Source of the DNA: Octopus vulgaris | Lineage: Eukaryota | Reading direction: 5' to 3' | Assembly (NCBI GenBank): GCA_951406725.2 | Contig: OX597831.1 | Coordinates: 58,900,001-58,964,000, forward strand | DNA length: 64,000 nt | Part shown: positions 12,236-28,544 of the stretch, piece after piece | Numbering within the stretch: position 1 is the stretch's first letter | Layout of the letters: each line of letters starts with the position of its first letter | Notes under the pieces: generated by a model | What the model was told of the DNA's origin: nothing | What the model saw: only the letters and a program-made list of their open reading frames with translations | Databases searched by the model: none | Position numbers and translations under genes: made by a program

Positions 12236-13029
12236 CATTCACACATGCATGCACATACATGAATGGATGATGTACAATTAAACTTATATATGAATACATA
12301 CATCCACATGTACTCATATATCAATGATGTACACAAATACACGAGACGTATGCATAATACTGAAATACGCATAAAGGAAACACACACAGACAAATATATT
12401 GAATAACAAATTTAAAAAATAATAAAACCATACAATCAAGGGAGAGACAAAAGCAGTAAGATGTTACATTTTGTTTTTATTAGGTATTCCTGTTTATTTA
12501 AAAACCTACAATGAACATGTCAGATACTAAGCCCTAAATTCCACAGGCTACAACCTTAAAGTTGACACCGATCCGCTAAGCGCAGGAAATTTCTATCTTG
12601 CTATTCGCTAAAAATATACAGTTTTTTTTTCGATCTTTAAACCTCTGTAACTTTTTTCTCCAATTTCTTTTATCCGCAACATCATACCTTCAAAGCAATG
12701 AGACTGGAAGACCACAATATTATAGCAGATTTTCAGATGTTTTACTGATTTTGAAACGTACATATTTTGCGAATGAAAAGAACTAGATCCAAATAACATT
12801 TTAAGCATGTGTTGGAAAATGCATTGACAAGTGCATTTGGTAAAAGAATTTAATTGAGATTAACTTAAACAGGAACTTTGATTCATAGAAACAGGCGTGG
12901 TCTCAGGCGGGTTGGTATCAATCATTATTCCAAATTATTAACTCGGATGATCAGAGCAAGTTCTACTGCAGGTGAAATGTGCATTCCAGAGCAATCAAAC
13001 TAATATTATAGTTTTATATAGAATTTTAC

Positions 13030-13486
<457 letters not shown>

Positions 13487-15164
13487 TATGTTTGGTGGAT
13501 TTTAGTTGGTGGCTACAAAGTAATATAGAATGCTTACGGATTTCCCTTTGTGGTTATTATGCAATATATGTTTATAGCTTGGCAGATTTGTGTAGGAGTA
13601 GAAGCAGCTTAATAAAATTTCGATTTAAGATTCGTTTTGACAAATCTATTTTCCATAAAATATTTTTTTCATAAAATATCTTTGTGAAAAGGTAATTGTT
13701 TCTGGAAGAGCGAATAGTGTAGTTCCTACCCTAGTCTCTATTCGAGAACCGCATTCAGGCTAAATTTAATTAATGTAAACTCTTGTGGAGTCATATATTC
13801 TACAGGAAAACAACATAATATGATATAATATAATAATGTATAATAAAATATAAGAAGTTATATAATAATATTATATAGGCAAATACTATGATAAATATGA
13901 TAAGAGCAGGATATAATATACTGTGTATTTCTAACGAAAGTGGAAGATAAAAATCGAAGAATATATCGTCTGTGTTGGTAACTGTGCATTTATTATCGCT
14001 TACCTGAAACATAAAAAGGAGTTTAAGCAGTAACTTTTGGAACCGGGGTGTACAGATTCAAATGTAGGCTGGCGATAAATTATACATATAGAAGATTACT
14101 GTGATACGATGTAATACACTACGCAGGTTGAAATTATATAAAATTATCTTCGAATATTGTATCATATATGCAATATATAAATCCCCTAATCTTGTGTAAG
14201 AAAACAAATATGGAAGCACGTATAAGACATTACGTTTCAAACAATTCCAGATATATTTGCATAAATAAATTATAGTATAGCGGCAATTTCGATTCGGCCA
14301 TTGACCAATATCTCAAGAATCAATTTTAGAGAGAGGATTTGGTCATTGTGGAATGATGGTTGATATCGTGGATATCGGGGGAAAGGCTAATGAGATCAGA
14401 GACGGGCTTCTCCGGAGGGTGAGAATAATTGAGAGGGGCATTTAGATATAGCTCGAAGGATTAAACGAGACGGAAAACTGTGTGTAGTTGATGGAAATAT
14501 ATGGCGTAGTTTGTGGTGGTTGGATGAAGGAGGTGAAACCTCGGCGTCCGGGAGTGAACACAAGTTACTTGTTGCAGAATTTATTGTTATATTTATGCAA
14601 ACGTTGGCAAATGTGTTTAAGGAGTAATAGATACGTTTCCGATTTTCAGTCCTAAGACAACTAAACAGCTATAACAACCAGTTGTCAGTCACTTTGATGA
14701 TAATGACAAATGCTGTATCAGTATGAAAGGCGGTAGAATGTAATATGTTCGAACCAGGAAGATAGAAATGGATTTTAATCCGTACCGGAATTGAAGCAAA
14801 TTCTGGAGAACTAGATCAAGAGTTTTAAACTGCACGGATCGAGTAACTTCATGGTTGGCGTCAGCAGTGTTCAGCCATAGAATCTCTGCTCTTTGGTCCA
14901 GTTTGTCTTGTAATAACAGACTTGTATCATGGGAGCTGCATGGAAAAATTTGTGTAACTGCAATTATAGAATTAATACACAAATGCAGTAAAATTCCATA
15001 AAATTTCAATGATCAGTCACACAACTACCATGAATGATAGCATTACAAACATGTGAGAAGGTGCAATGTTGTACAAAAAGAAGTGTAATAGGGGCTCAAG
15101 TGACAAGTTGGTGAGGGTTTAAGAACTTCGGTATATGGTACCATTCCATGAATACATAATGTAG

Positions 15165-15466
15165 CAGGGTTCCTTCTTGAGCCACGCCTGACTCATAAGG
15201 GCCGGTTTCCCGGTTTCCTTGGCGTATAGGTTCCCCACCTGGACGGGACGCCGGTCCGTTGCAGGTGAGCTGCAAGATGCAGGAGGAAAGAGTGAGAGAA
15301 ACTTGTGGTGAAAGAGTCAGCAGACGTTCGCCATTACCTTCTGCCGGAGCCGCGTGGAGCTTAAGTGTTCCGCTTATAAGCACACACATCGCCGGTCTGA
15401 GATTCGATCCCGGTGATCCCTCGACCTCGAGTCCGCTGCTCTAACCACTAGGCCATGTGCGTCCAC
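15165..15466 (-). mobile_element. tRNA-derived CORE-type SINE (family B head, alternative tail)
   Basis: The reverse complement starts gtggacgcacatggcctagtggttagagcagcggactcg (A-box) ... gggatcgaatctc (B-box-like). Its tail differs from the 34870 copy. Confidence 0.85.
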
Positions 15467-16292
15467 TTAATAAGCAAGGTGTATTTAGGTAACTAAGTAG
15501 CTGTATGTTGGGTGTAGAAAGAATATGCTGTGTATAGCTGCATGTTAGATGTTATAGAATTTAGATAACTATTTTACTAGTTCGAACATACAGTTATTCC
15601 TTGTATAATCTTGCTAGCCGGTATTATTCACTTAGTGTGTTTCGAGGATACAGGTTGTCTGCATTATTGATTACGCAGGAAAGCATTAGCAGTGCTGTTT
15701 CTTAACGTTATTGAACGTAATTCGAGCAGGAAATGCATCTGTGCTATACGTTTTTAGAATAAATCAGCGGATGATGTTGACATTTTCCCAGTATATTTGA
15801 ATCGGAAAAAGAAAATGTCGCCGTAAATATAGTTACTATGTAGCATGATAATAAGAAAATTACGTAAAATGCATGACTGTTTTAAAGAAAATATTTCTGT
15901 CTTTCAGATAAAGTAAAATGGTCCTCTGAGTTAGGAATGTATGAAATAAGAAATGTGATGGGCTTAGCTTAGTCAATAATACTTACAGAGTTAATGAGGT
16001 CCACTGCATTCAAATAAGCACTGAAGCTTACGTTACAACATCGGATATTGATTTGTTTTTCATAGACAGTTTACGTTTCCTGTTAACTCGAGTGACACTT
16101 ATAAATTTCTCTAGACATGGAATGAATAAAAATGGCCAACGCCTGAGTAATTTCCACTTGCCATACACCTTCCGAGATGTGTTTTCACAAACCAGATATA
16201 ATATAGGTTCTTAGAATACAAGATTATGTATGTGAAATCAATTTTTCTCTATTAACTGTAGTGCAAAGGAAGACAAGTTCTATATCACTATC

Positions 16293-17145
16293 ATATGAGG
16301 AGAATTCAAAATGTTTTGAATTTGTTTTAGGAGGAACAGTTATAACTAACACAGATTTTGTAATATCATTTTATCTAATAAGTTGACCAACTCTTTTTTT
16401 CTAATTGTAGGTGACGGCTGTATCAGTACTTTGAACACACCCTGCCATACACTGCTTGTCATAGCTGAGGAATTCGGTCGGGGCATCAAGTCAATTCGGA
16501 AGCAAGCTATACAGTAAATGTTTGGCAAAAATATATGCTACAGAACAGTATAGAATTGTGAAAAACATGATCTAAACAATTTTCTGTGTTTGACAGGTCT
16601 AGGACATTCAAGGACGATAAAGAAGAAGTGAGTGACGATGAGAGGCGTGAGAGGGAGAGAGGTGTCAGAACAACAGAGCTGGTTGAGAGAATTCCCCTCT
16701 TCTGAATGTAGTTAGTTGTGTGTCTATTCAGACAATAAATATACAGGTTACAGTTAAGGTGATAGCTGCACACGGGATTGTTCATGAAAATTTGAACATC
16801 CACAACATTTGTGCAACTTTGTCCCAGGGTCCTTGGTGACGAGCAGAAGAAAAGACACGTTAGTGAGTACAGGTACATAGGTGAGCTCAGTACCTCCAGT
16901 TCAAATGTACTAATGTTTCTGGTAACCTGTAACTAAAGCTGAAAATAGATCTATGGTCAAGAGACTTAGTGGGAGAGATGCCCCGTGGAAACATGCTGAC
17001 TATCCCAGATTCAAGAAGATCAGGAAAGCAATTCCGTCGGCATGGACTTAACGATCCCCATTTTTCGACAGCATCGGTAGCATCTATATTCTCTAGATTT
17101 CCTATGGTCAGATGGTCAACGAAGAGCATTTTGTGGAGATTGCGA
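16293..17145 (+). mobile_element. mariner transposase pseudogene (N-terminal two thirds)
   Basis: SVFDRSRTFKDDKEEVSDDERR...IVHENLNIHNICA / VPRVLGDEQKKRHV...FLVTCN*S*..YGQET...[11 protein letters not shown]...FFDSIG...[12 protein letters not shown], collinear with mariner motifs VPRxL, TGDESW, YDPET and GQTVN. Confidence 0.85.
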
Positions 17146-17203
17146 TGTATATGTATAAAATATATGTATATGTATAAAAAACAATATATATACTTACATC
17201 CCC

Positions 17204-18328
<1,125 letters not shown>

Positions 18329-18520
18329 TGGGAGAGTTCACGAAAAAAACAAAAGACGAAGACAGGTGGTGTACAAAACAAACAGATGTGTTAATATAAT
18401 GCTCAGGAATTGAAAATGTATGTTACGTTTCGAGCCTACGCTCTTCTACAGAAAGGGACACAGAAAAAAACAAGGAGAAAAAAAATGTGTGTAGTGACTA
18501 CCGATCTATCATGGCGACTG
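18329..18520. mobile_element. Short TA-flanked element with a degenerate hammerhead-like hairpin (possible PLE pLTR fragment)
   Basis: Minus strand ctttCTGTAGAa-gagc-gtag-gctc-GAAAcgta at 18425-18455. The element is embedded between TA runs. Confidence 0.4.
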
Positions 18521-18706
18521 ATATATATATATACGTTTGCATAATTTGTATAAGCATGTATAAACGTATATATTTATGCACATGTACATATATTGCCTTG
18601 AACACATCTCTTTTTGTTGGTTGACTGCTCATTCACCTGATTCATGTTTTCATCATAACTCTGCCTGCAGTAACACTGCTTACTGCTCTTGCATGGAAAT
18701 ATTTGA

Positions 18707-18882
18707 GTACACGACGTTGCAGCGAGCGATTTTTGAATTACTAATAAATGCTAAGTGCTGGCTCTTCGACAGCCAGAGACAGGAACGAGTTTTGATGGTG
18801 ATGACATCTTCGACAAATGTCGAAGAGCCAGCACTTAGCATTTATTAGTAATTCAAAAATCGCTCGCTGCAACGTCGTGTAC
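18707..18882. repeat. Perfect 65-bp inverted repeat with 46-bp spacer (MITE-like or fold-back)
   Basis: 18707-18771 is the exact reverse complement of 18818-18882. Confidence 0.95.
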
Positions 18883-18884
18883 AC

Positions 18885-19084
18885 AAGTAAGATACCTTGA
18901 TAAATTCTTTGCCATGAAGCCACCTCAATTCTGGGAAGAGAGTATTTTCAAGTTAAAGGAAAGATGGAGACGCACTGTGCAACAAAATGGTTCATATTTG
19001 GTTGCTTAAAAATGTAATGGTAAGTACTTACTGACGTTTTTCTTTCCTTTAATAACCAGCACGAAATTTCCGGACAACCCAATA
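18885..19084 (+). mobile_element. mariner C-terminus and right TIR (second subfamily); partial duplicate at 20270-20417
   Basis: LDKFFAMKPPQFWEESIFKLKERWRRTVQQNGSYLVA*, followed by cgaaatttccggacaacccaata, which resembles the tattaggttgg-type mariner TIR in reverse. Confidence 0.85.
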
Positions 19085-19248
19085 CATTCAGATGCTTCAC
19101 AGCGTGGAGTTTCCATTATTAGGAGAGAACTGAGCAGCCCAAATTGCTGATTAACCGGTTTATTGCAGAAACGGTTACCCATAGTCACGGTGAACAAGAA
19201 TCTGTAAAAGAAAGCCGATGTGCAATAAACATGAAACAAACTTGGATA

Positions 19249-20269
<1,021 letters not shown>

Positions 20270-20271
<2 letters not shown>

Positions 20272-20581
20272 AGAGTATTTTCAAGTTAAAGGAAAGATGG
20301 AGACGCACTGTGCAACAAAATGGTTCATATTTGGTTGCTTAAAAATGTAATGGTAAGTACTTACTGACGTTTTTCTTTCCTTTAATAACCAGCACGAAAT
20401 TTCCGGACAACCCAATACATTCAGATGCTTCACAGCGTGGAGTTTCCATTATTAGGAGAGAACTGCGCAGCCCAAATTGCTGATTAACCGGTTTATTGCA
20501 GAAACGGTTACCCATAGTCACGGTGAACAAGAATCTGTAAAAGAAAGCCGATGTGCAATAAACATGAAACAAACTTGGATA
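20270..20581 (+). repeat. 312-bp direct duplicate of 18937-19248
   Basis: Near-identical; one difference noted (ctgagcagc vs ctgcgcagc). Confidence 0.95.
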
Positions 20582-21389
20582 AATCGTTCACCTCTCATGA
20601 AAATGATGATGATGAAGTATAAAAATGTCCCATGTCCTCCGAGTAACACACATTCCCTCATCACCCTTCACCCAGTTATCTATATCTGTTGTCGTAAGAA
20701 CTCATCCTTTTAGAATATTACAATATTCCAATACTTATTCTTTAAAATATTTTTCTTAAAATATATCAGTGATAGATTTCGGTCAACCTGAAATATAAAT
20801 AATTCTTCCTGAACTGGAAATATAGTGAAAATCAGAGATGGTCAAAGAAAACACAAATCTCATCTGATAAGATTTTGAGATATCAAAGAGAAAGCAAAAT
20901 TAAATTATTTTGTTTTAAGGATGGGAAATTATATGGACAGATAATCTTTTTCTCTCATTGATTTTATAAGTGTTATCTACTAAAATGTATTTTTATTTAC
21001 ATATATTTTCACTGATGTAACGGAGACAACACAAATCATGATACACATGCGCGCACGTTTATCCCGAAATCACACTCAAAATTACATTCATTAGCTTACA
21101 TTCACCGACATACTTACGTATGAACAATTACGTTTGATAACAAACACACTTGGTTGCATTCTGTGTGTATAGTGAAACTTTTGCACAATCCGGCAATGTT
21201 TTTTGCACAATGTGCGACGTACAACTGAACTCCATCAAAAATATATGTTGGGACGTAGCCGTTTCGGTAATGTGTTTATGCTGAGTTCAATTTATGGATA
21301 TTCATATTTTTATGTATACCGAAACGAACTCGGAGCTACTATGGTTCTTTGAAAATAGATAAATTCACTTCGATTAAGACAAATGAAAT

Positions 21390-21790
21390 AATTTCTATTG
21401 TTGTATTTAGGAATGGTCATTTTGCCAGTTTAGCCAATAAAAACACACGCACTATATATTTGGTGTTACTTTGCTTCAGCGTTATTTATTTTTTACATTA
21501 AACTTAATCTTATTTCGGCCAGAGTTCTTTCGTCACACTCCTGTGTCCGCATCAGTGGTCCTTTGCTTTCTTCTTTCTTATTTGTGTGTCTCTCCTTAAT
21601 AACGGTCAACAATTTTGTATTTTTTAATAATTTCTTTTAATTAATAATTAATAAATAATATTTATTAATCTAATTTGTCATTCTTAAATTTGTTTGTGTT
21701 ATTGCAGTGTTCTGACTCAGTAGCTTTTCACAGGAGATTTGTGTCCAAGTCACACATCTTTGATGATGATAAATTTCTGGTTCAGAAAGA
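21390..21790 (-). mobile_element. Penelope-like element 3' end remnant (ORF C-terminus plus pLTR with degenerate hammerhead core)
   Basis: Minus strand SSSKMCDL...LL*KATESEHCNNTNKFK resembles PLE C-termini (SKxCxLC...CRHxNKF). It is followed by ctgatgcggacacaggagtgtgacgaaagaactctggccgaaa at 21513-21555. Confidence 0.5.
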
Positions 21791-22187
21791 AATATAAATA
21801 ATCCATTGTAGAAACAATTGGTCTAATCTAAATGAAATGAATCAATAATTTATATTCCACAACTGCCGCATTGTCTACACTTTCATTTCGTCATATGAAA
21901 GTAGCTAAACTTCTGACAGTTTAAAGCAAACTTACAGAATAAAGGCTTAAAATATGATGGCACATCAGACCAAGATACCTTTAAAGAATATGAAAAAGCA
22001 ATTATCAACAAAGAATATGAAACACGTCCTAAGAGAAATGAAGTGGAAGATTTTTCAGCAAAAGTACCGCCAATCCGCACATACAAACACACACACACAC
22101 AGAAACCCGAAAAGAGGCACACACTTGCATATACACTCACGTAGGGACATAAATACATTTCTATATTTATATGTATGCATATACAGA

Positions 22188-22237
<50 letters not shown>

Positions 22238-22569
22238 TACATTCATGTATGCGTGTGTGTACATACACACATTTATATTTTAAAATATGATAATAGCAGT
22301 AGTTTCCTCTGTGAAATATAAATTTCTAAACAAAATAAAACTTGAATTTATCTATTACAATTATTTTTCAGAAACTGCGGGTTATTTCATTCTCCTTGAA
22401 AGTCTACTTCACGAATGTATAGTTATGTCGAATGCGATACATGCTTACAGAAGGAAAGTCATTATAGAATAATCGGGGAAACATGGTAGATATTTGGGGT
22501 CAAGTATCTCAATAAGAAGCTGAAGAAGCTCTTAAATGATCCTAATTAATATGAAGTGGTTCCAATATG

Positions 22570-22605
22570 TCTATATATATATATATGTATATAATTACAT
22601 GTATA

Positions 22606-22653
<48 letters not shown>

Positions 22654-22821
22654 ATTGCATATATATATATGTGTATATATATATAATTGCATGTATATAT
22701 GTATGTATATATATATACATATATACATGTATATACATACATATATATATACACATATACATATATATATATATATACATATACATACATATATATACAT
22801 ACATATACATGCATACATATA

Positions 22822-22881
<60 letters not shown>

Positions 22882-22905
22882 TATACACGCATACATATAT
22901 AAATA
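22570..22905. repeat. (TA)n/(CATA)n compound microsatellite
   Basis: Direct reading. Confidence 0.95.
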
Positions 22906-23769
22906 TACAGAAAGAGTGATAGAGAGAGAAGTGCTAATTAATGACCGGGAATTGCTAAAAAGAAAGGTTCACAAGGAAAAGAATGTCAAAGAAGTGGATG
23001 CCTTCTAACAGATCTTGAGTTAAGGAGAGAAAGTGAGTGTAGTGAGAAAACAATTGGATAAGGAAAGAGGTGGAAATCCTGAACGTGGACAGCCGTGATA
23101 TAGACTCAAGTATACGTTAAAAGAATAAAAGTTAGTTATGTTTTTTAAAACCGTAGGAAACCTTTCACAACGTTGAGAACCTGCGAAATGTATTAGAATA
23201 TGTTTGTATTGTAAACTAAATATATGAGCACTGGAACAAAGCAAACGAATAGAGAATTATCCTCAGCTTAAATTACCTCAACACTTTGAGCCTATATGTA
23301 AAACTTAAATATATTTCTTGAAGGCATTCTCTTAAGTTTAAACGACATGTTGAATTATAAAGTTCAAAGGGGGAAGTGCGAAAGCATTGTTCGCTGTAAA
23401 GTTGTGACGTTTCTAAAATGATATGTATAAAATGTAAAATAGCAAAAAGTGAGGTTAAGGAAATATTACAACATGGAGAATCAATATTAAAACGAAAGAA
23501 AACCAGCGTTATTGTAAACGGAAATCTTTCAAAAGATATAGCTTTGGATTAATGTTGTAAAACACTGAACTGAAAGTACATTATGCCTGAACCGCATACA
23601 ATAGGATCAGAGTTTTGAAAATCATATGGAATTTAAAAGGAATATTCAATATCTCACGAGACACAAATAGAGTATGTCAGATTTTGGAAATATTTATTAA
23701 GAAATCCTTAAAAAGGACCTTTAAGTAGGCGTATGCTTGTATCCCGTATTAATAAACCACTGTAACAAA

Positions 23770-23860
23770 TGTTCCACGGATACAGGACTTCCATACCACT
23801 GTACTATTCAGAAAGATTGGCTTTAATCTGATATCATTACCCTCAATATCGAAGCAGGGC
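23770..23860 (+). repeat. 91-bp dispersed direct repeat; second copy at 26834-26924
   Basis: tgttccacggatacaggacttccatac...cctcaatatcgaa(g/a)cagggc occurs at both sites with few mismatches. Confidence 0.9.
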
Positions 23861-24672
23861 GCTAATGCTTTATTTACATTTGTAAGAAAGATAAAGGTTA
23901 GAAATGTAATTTGCCAGAAGGTATTGAGGACCAGCCTGCAATTCTATGTCCAATAAGTAAATAATGAAAGAAAGAGAATCGCAAAGTTAAAATAAGTGAG
24001 ATAGTAAATGAAAGCCAGGGATGGGGATTAACGTGCATTATGGATATATAATTATATAAATGTCCCCGGGTTCTTCGTGCAATCGTTTTGATCATTTGAA
24101 GTTAATCTATTTGAACACTTGATTATATTACTCCATTTCATATTCTAAATTGATGCTCGTTGTGACAATTTCCTCCAGCATTATTCATTCAATACGAAAA
24201 CTCATTAACATTGCATAATAACCTGAACAAATCGGCAAATAAATCTCAACTGGCATTTAATAAGTATGTTTAGATATAAGCTTGTATATATCTTTATCGA
24301 AGGAACAGCTCGCAGGCCCGACCAGAAAAAGCAGCTACAGCTAAGTTAATTCACAATGGACTGTCATAACTAAAGAAACATGGCTAAAGATCTCAGCTAA
24401 ACAGCACAATCAGATTGTTCGGTCATTTACCATAGTCCTTTGCTAAAAGTATTCGAACCAGGCCTCAGGATAATTCGTGATTCATAAAATCTCCATTAAT
24501 AGTTCATTGAAAAATGCTGCGACTGCTCTTCTTACTATGACAATGCCACAAATGCAACATACACAATGCATAATATAAATCTTGATTTTAGGGAAATAAT
24601 ATGATTTACTAAAATAGTATTCATTTATCTATAAATCCACTCGAATAATCTGGGGCTAAACAAACAGCATTT

Positions 24673-24749
<77 letters not shown>

Positions 24750-25406
24750 TTCTCCTTTAGGTTGGGCCGCAACGACGAGAATATAAGACGAGAACTTCAT
24801 TGAATACAAGAGAAACAAAACGTGAAGATTTACCTACAAAGTTGAAGTTATGGAAGTTCAGTCACGCGTTCAAGGGCAAATGCATAAATTTCAAAATGCT
24901 GTATTAAAAATATATCTTTTTCACTATTTGAAATTTAAACTCGTATATACTGCACAAAGAAAAGAAATAGAAACAAATCAGCCAGTTTAGCTGGTTTTCA
25001 GTTACTTCTAATTGAAGTTCGCTATCATTTCACAACATTCATTCCTTTACAATGCTAGGAAAATATGTGAGTATTTTAACATTACATGAATTGCATACCG
25101 AATGGGAGATACTTTCATATATGATGATAAATGTGCTTAAGCATTAAGTAGTAGATATGAATTCCGTCTCAGAGTCCACGGTTTATTCTTTTGATTCTAA
25201 CATATGTTACTATATTTTGTAAGCAGATTTAGAGTTTCGATATAGTAATAATATATTAAAATTAGAGCAAATTTTACTGAGTTGGATTGTAAACTTTACA
25301 GTATGAAACTGCCTTGATTGTTTTATTATATCACTTTGCGTCTCAAGACTAGAAATATCCATAAACTAGATACGAATAACAGTATATTGATTCTGTAGAA
25401 TGGAAG

Positions 25407-25776
<370 letters not shown>

Positions 25777-26691
25777 ACATTTACATGTAGTGTAATATAT
25801 GAATTCATAGAATCATATAGTTCTCATCAAAAACTCCCCCAGTAAACCCCTCCGTCAGGCCATATATTAACCTAATACAGAGGGTTAAAATTCGGAAATC
25901 TATGCAGCTGAATCCCAAGAGATCCGACCGATGCTATTAGTTCACGAATGGTGTATAGACCATACAAAGAATAAAAAATCAGAGTCATGAAAAGTGAAAA
26001 TATTTAGATACACACTTGTAATCTTAAGGATTAAGATTACAATCTTCGTCATGTAATAATAGTTTCACTGTATAATAAATTATTTTTCATGTCTGCAATA
26101 ATAGGCATACTAGGCGTTATATAATATTATTGTATATCTCCAAATCAGTGCAGATGAGAAAAGATAGTTCATCAGATTACTAGATCATAGTTACACCAAC
26201 GCCTTAAATCTAAGAGTACATACAAAATTTACTCTTTATCTAAAATAAAAATATCTGAAGAGTAAATTTATGATATGATGCTCTAGCTTTCTTTATCTGC
26301 ACTGATTTATAAATACAAAATTGTATTGTATAGTGCATAACGTACATATTACTGCCGACGTGTAAACTAATTTATTACGAACTGAAATTATTATTACATG
26401 ATCAATTGTGTGAAATACTAAGAATAACGAGTTGTTGAATAAATATAGATTATTTCGTACTTCCCGGCTTTTTATATACATTCATGTATTCATGTTTATA
26501 TATATATAGATAGATAGATGAGTATATAATAGTGACAAAATATTCAAAAGCGAATATTCATATACATATTATAATTGTCATCATCATCAGCGATAGATAT
26601 CAATAACTGATAACAACAATAATATCAGTGGTTAAGTTGAAGATCTTAAGTCTACTTTCTGGCAGGTAAGCGCCTCGTGTGTCCTTCAGAT

Positions 26692-26729
<38 letters not shown>

Positions 26730-26991
26730 CGAGATCGAGAGATCGAGAGAGAGAGGGCGAGAGAGGGAGATAGATAGAGAAATAGATGATAAAGGAATAA
26801 ATAATCATCTTACGTACTTCATTAGTTTACAGCTGTTCCACGGATACAGGACTTCCATACAACTGTACGATTCAGAAAGATTGGCTTTAATATGATATCA
26901 TTACCCTCAATATCGAAACAGGGCTCAAAGTTGAATTTCTGAATAACACCTTACAGCTTTATCTGAAGATTCAGAAAAATTATATTACATA

Positions 26992-27284
26992 TATATATAA
27001 GAGGGATGACCTCTAAGTGGACATCCATTATGCTAGATGTAGACCCCACACTGGCGATCACACTGATGAATTGCGGACATTTACGTAAGTATTACGTAAG
27101 TGGTAACAATGAAATCGGGTTTGTGTAATCTTTATATTTTCTGTCTTTTCCTTTGTCTTGTTCGCTCACGTTCTGGCGTTTTGCTGAATTTTTTTCAGAA
27201 CAATCTTTTCTTAGTGGTCAGCCCATAAGGGGTCTATATCTAGCATAACGGATGTCTACTTAGTGATCATTCCCCTTATATATA
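26992..27284. mobile_element. ~290-bp element bounded by 56-bp imperfect inverted repeats, TA-flanked, containing a hammerhead fold
   Basis: 26992-27047 matches the reverse complement of 27229-27284 with 7 mismatches in 56 bp by manual alignment. Confidence 0.8.
27056..27130 (+). ncRNA. Type I hammerhead ribozyme motif with extended stem II
   Basis: Stem I caca(27059-62)/tgtg(27122-25) plus gat/atc. Core CTGATGA 27063-69. Stem II ATTG/CAAT, extended by the 11-bp hairpin catttacgtaa-gta-ttacgtaagtg. GAAA 27111-14. Minimal stem III and a GTT triplet. Confidence 0.7.
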
Positions 27285-27292
27285 CACATATA

Positions 27293-28487
27293 ATTAATAA
27301 AAGGACATACTAAGTATGCCTACATGCTGAAAATAATAGTGGAAACTCTTATTGAAATTGCCAAAAATACACTGATAACTACAGATATCAACCGAAAGCA
27401 GATCAGGTTAATAAAATCTACAAATATACATTTAAGTATTTGGACTCACGTTGAGCGGTTTCTACATTGGTAAAAATCGCCTTAGCTTCTTCAGCACGCG
27501 TTACCATGATAGAACCACCTCCAACCTATCGTATTGAAGTCTGCGCCGCAACTGATTCGTTTTGCGCTGAAATCAATTCCAGCTACCAGTGAGGAAATAC
27601 TTTTGATACAAGGGCAAACAATTCACGAGAAAAATTAATTGCCGAAAAATTAATTTTCAAAGATGTTATCAATTTTTGCTATTATCTAATATGACTATTT
27701 TAAAAGAGGATAACAGAATATGCTGCCGTTTGATTTCTGTCGTTATCATCAGTGTATTTTTGGCGATTTAAATAAGAGATTTGACTGTTATTTCCTGCAG
27801 GGGGATATAATTATTATGTCCTTTGATGAATTTTAATCCTTCAGGAATTTAATGCTTTTATTGGGCCTGCAATCACCTATATTATTGATTCTGTCATTAT
27901 CGTTTTTTTAAAAATAGTCACACTATAATAATATCAAAATTAATATCTTAGCAAATTAATTTTTGGGAATTATTTTTTCTCATGAATTGTTTGCCCTTGT
28001 ATCAAGAGTATTTTCTAACTGGTGACTGGAATTGATTTCCAGCCCAAAACGAATCAATTGCAGCGCAGACTTCAATACGATAGTTTGGGGGTTTCTATCA
28101 TGGTAACGCGTGCTGAAGAAGCTGAGGCGATGTTTTTGCCAGTGCAGAAATCTGTCACGTGGATCCAAATACTTAAGTGTACGTTAGGAGATTTTATTAA
28201 CCTGATCTGCTTTCGGTTAGTTTCTGTAGTTACCATCAGTGTATATTTGGCGATTTCACTGTTTTCACTGTTATTTCTAGCATGTAGACATACTTAGTAT
28301 GTCCTTTGATTAATTTTAATTCTTCAGATATTTAATGCTTTACTTGTGCCAGCAATTTCCTATATTCTTGATTCACTTATTATCATTTTAAAAAATTGTC
28401 ATATCAGATAATAACAGAATTAATATATTAAAAAATAAATTTTTCGGGATTATTTTTTCTCGTGAATTGTTTGCTCTTGTATCGCGA

Positions 28488-28490
<3 letters not shown>
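27293..28490. repeat. ~480-bp unit repeated in tandem and inverted arrangement, each full copy with a degenerate hammerhead core (pLTR/retrozyme-like)
   Basis: 27293-27704 is a diverged reverse complement of 27906-28315. 27815-28010 recurs at 28298-28490. The motif cgcgtgCTGAAGA...GAAA...(c/a)acgtg is at 28107-28161 (+) and 27447-27500 (-). Confidence 0.75.

Positions 28491-28544
<54 letters not shown>

Noticed and set aside
26641-26672. AG|GT recursive-splice-like motifs (26655-26672, also ~29445-29470)
   Set aside because: Short motifs like these are expected by chance, and no host gene is established.
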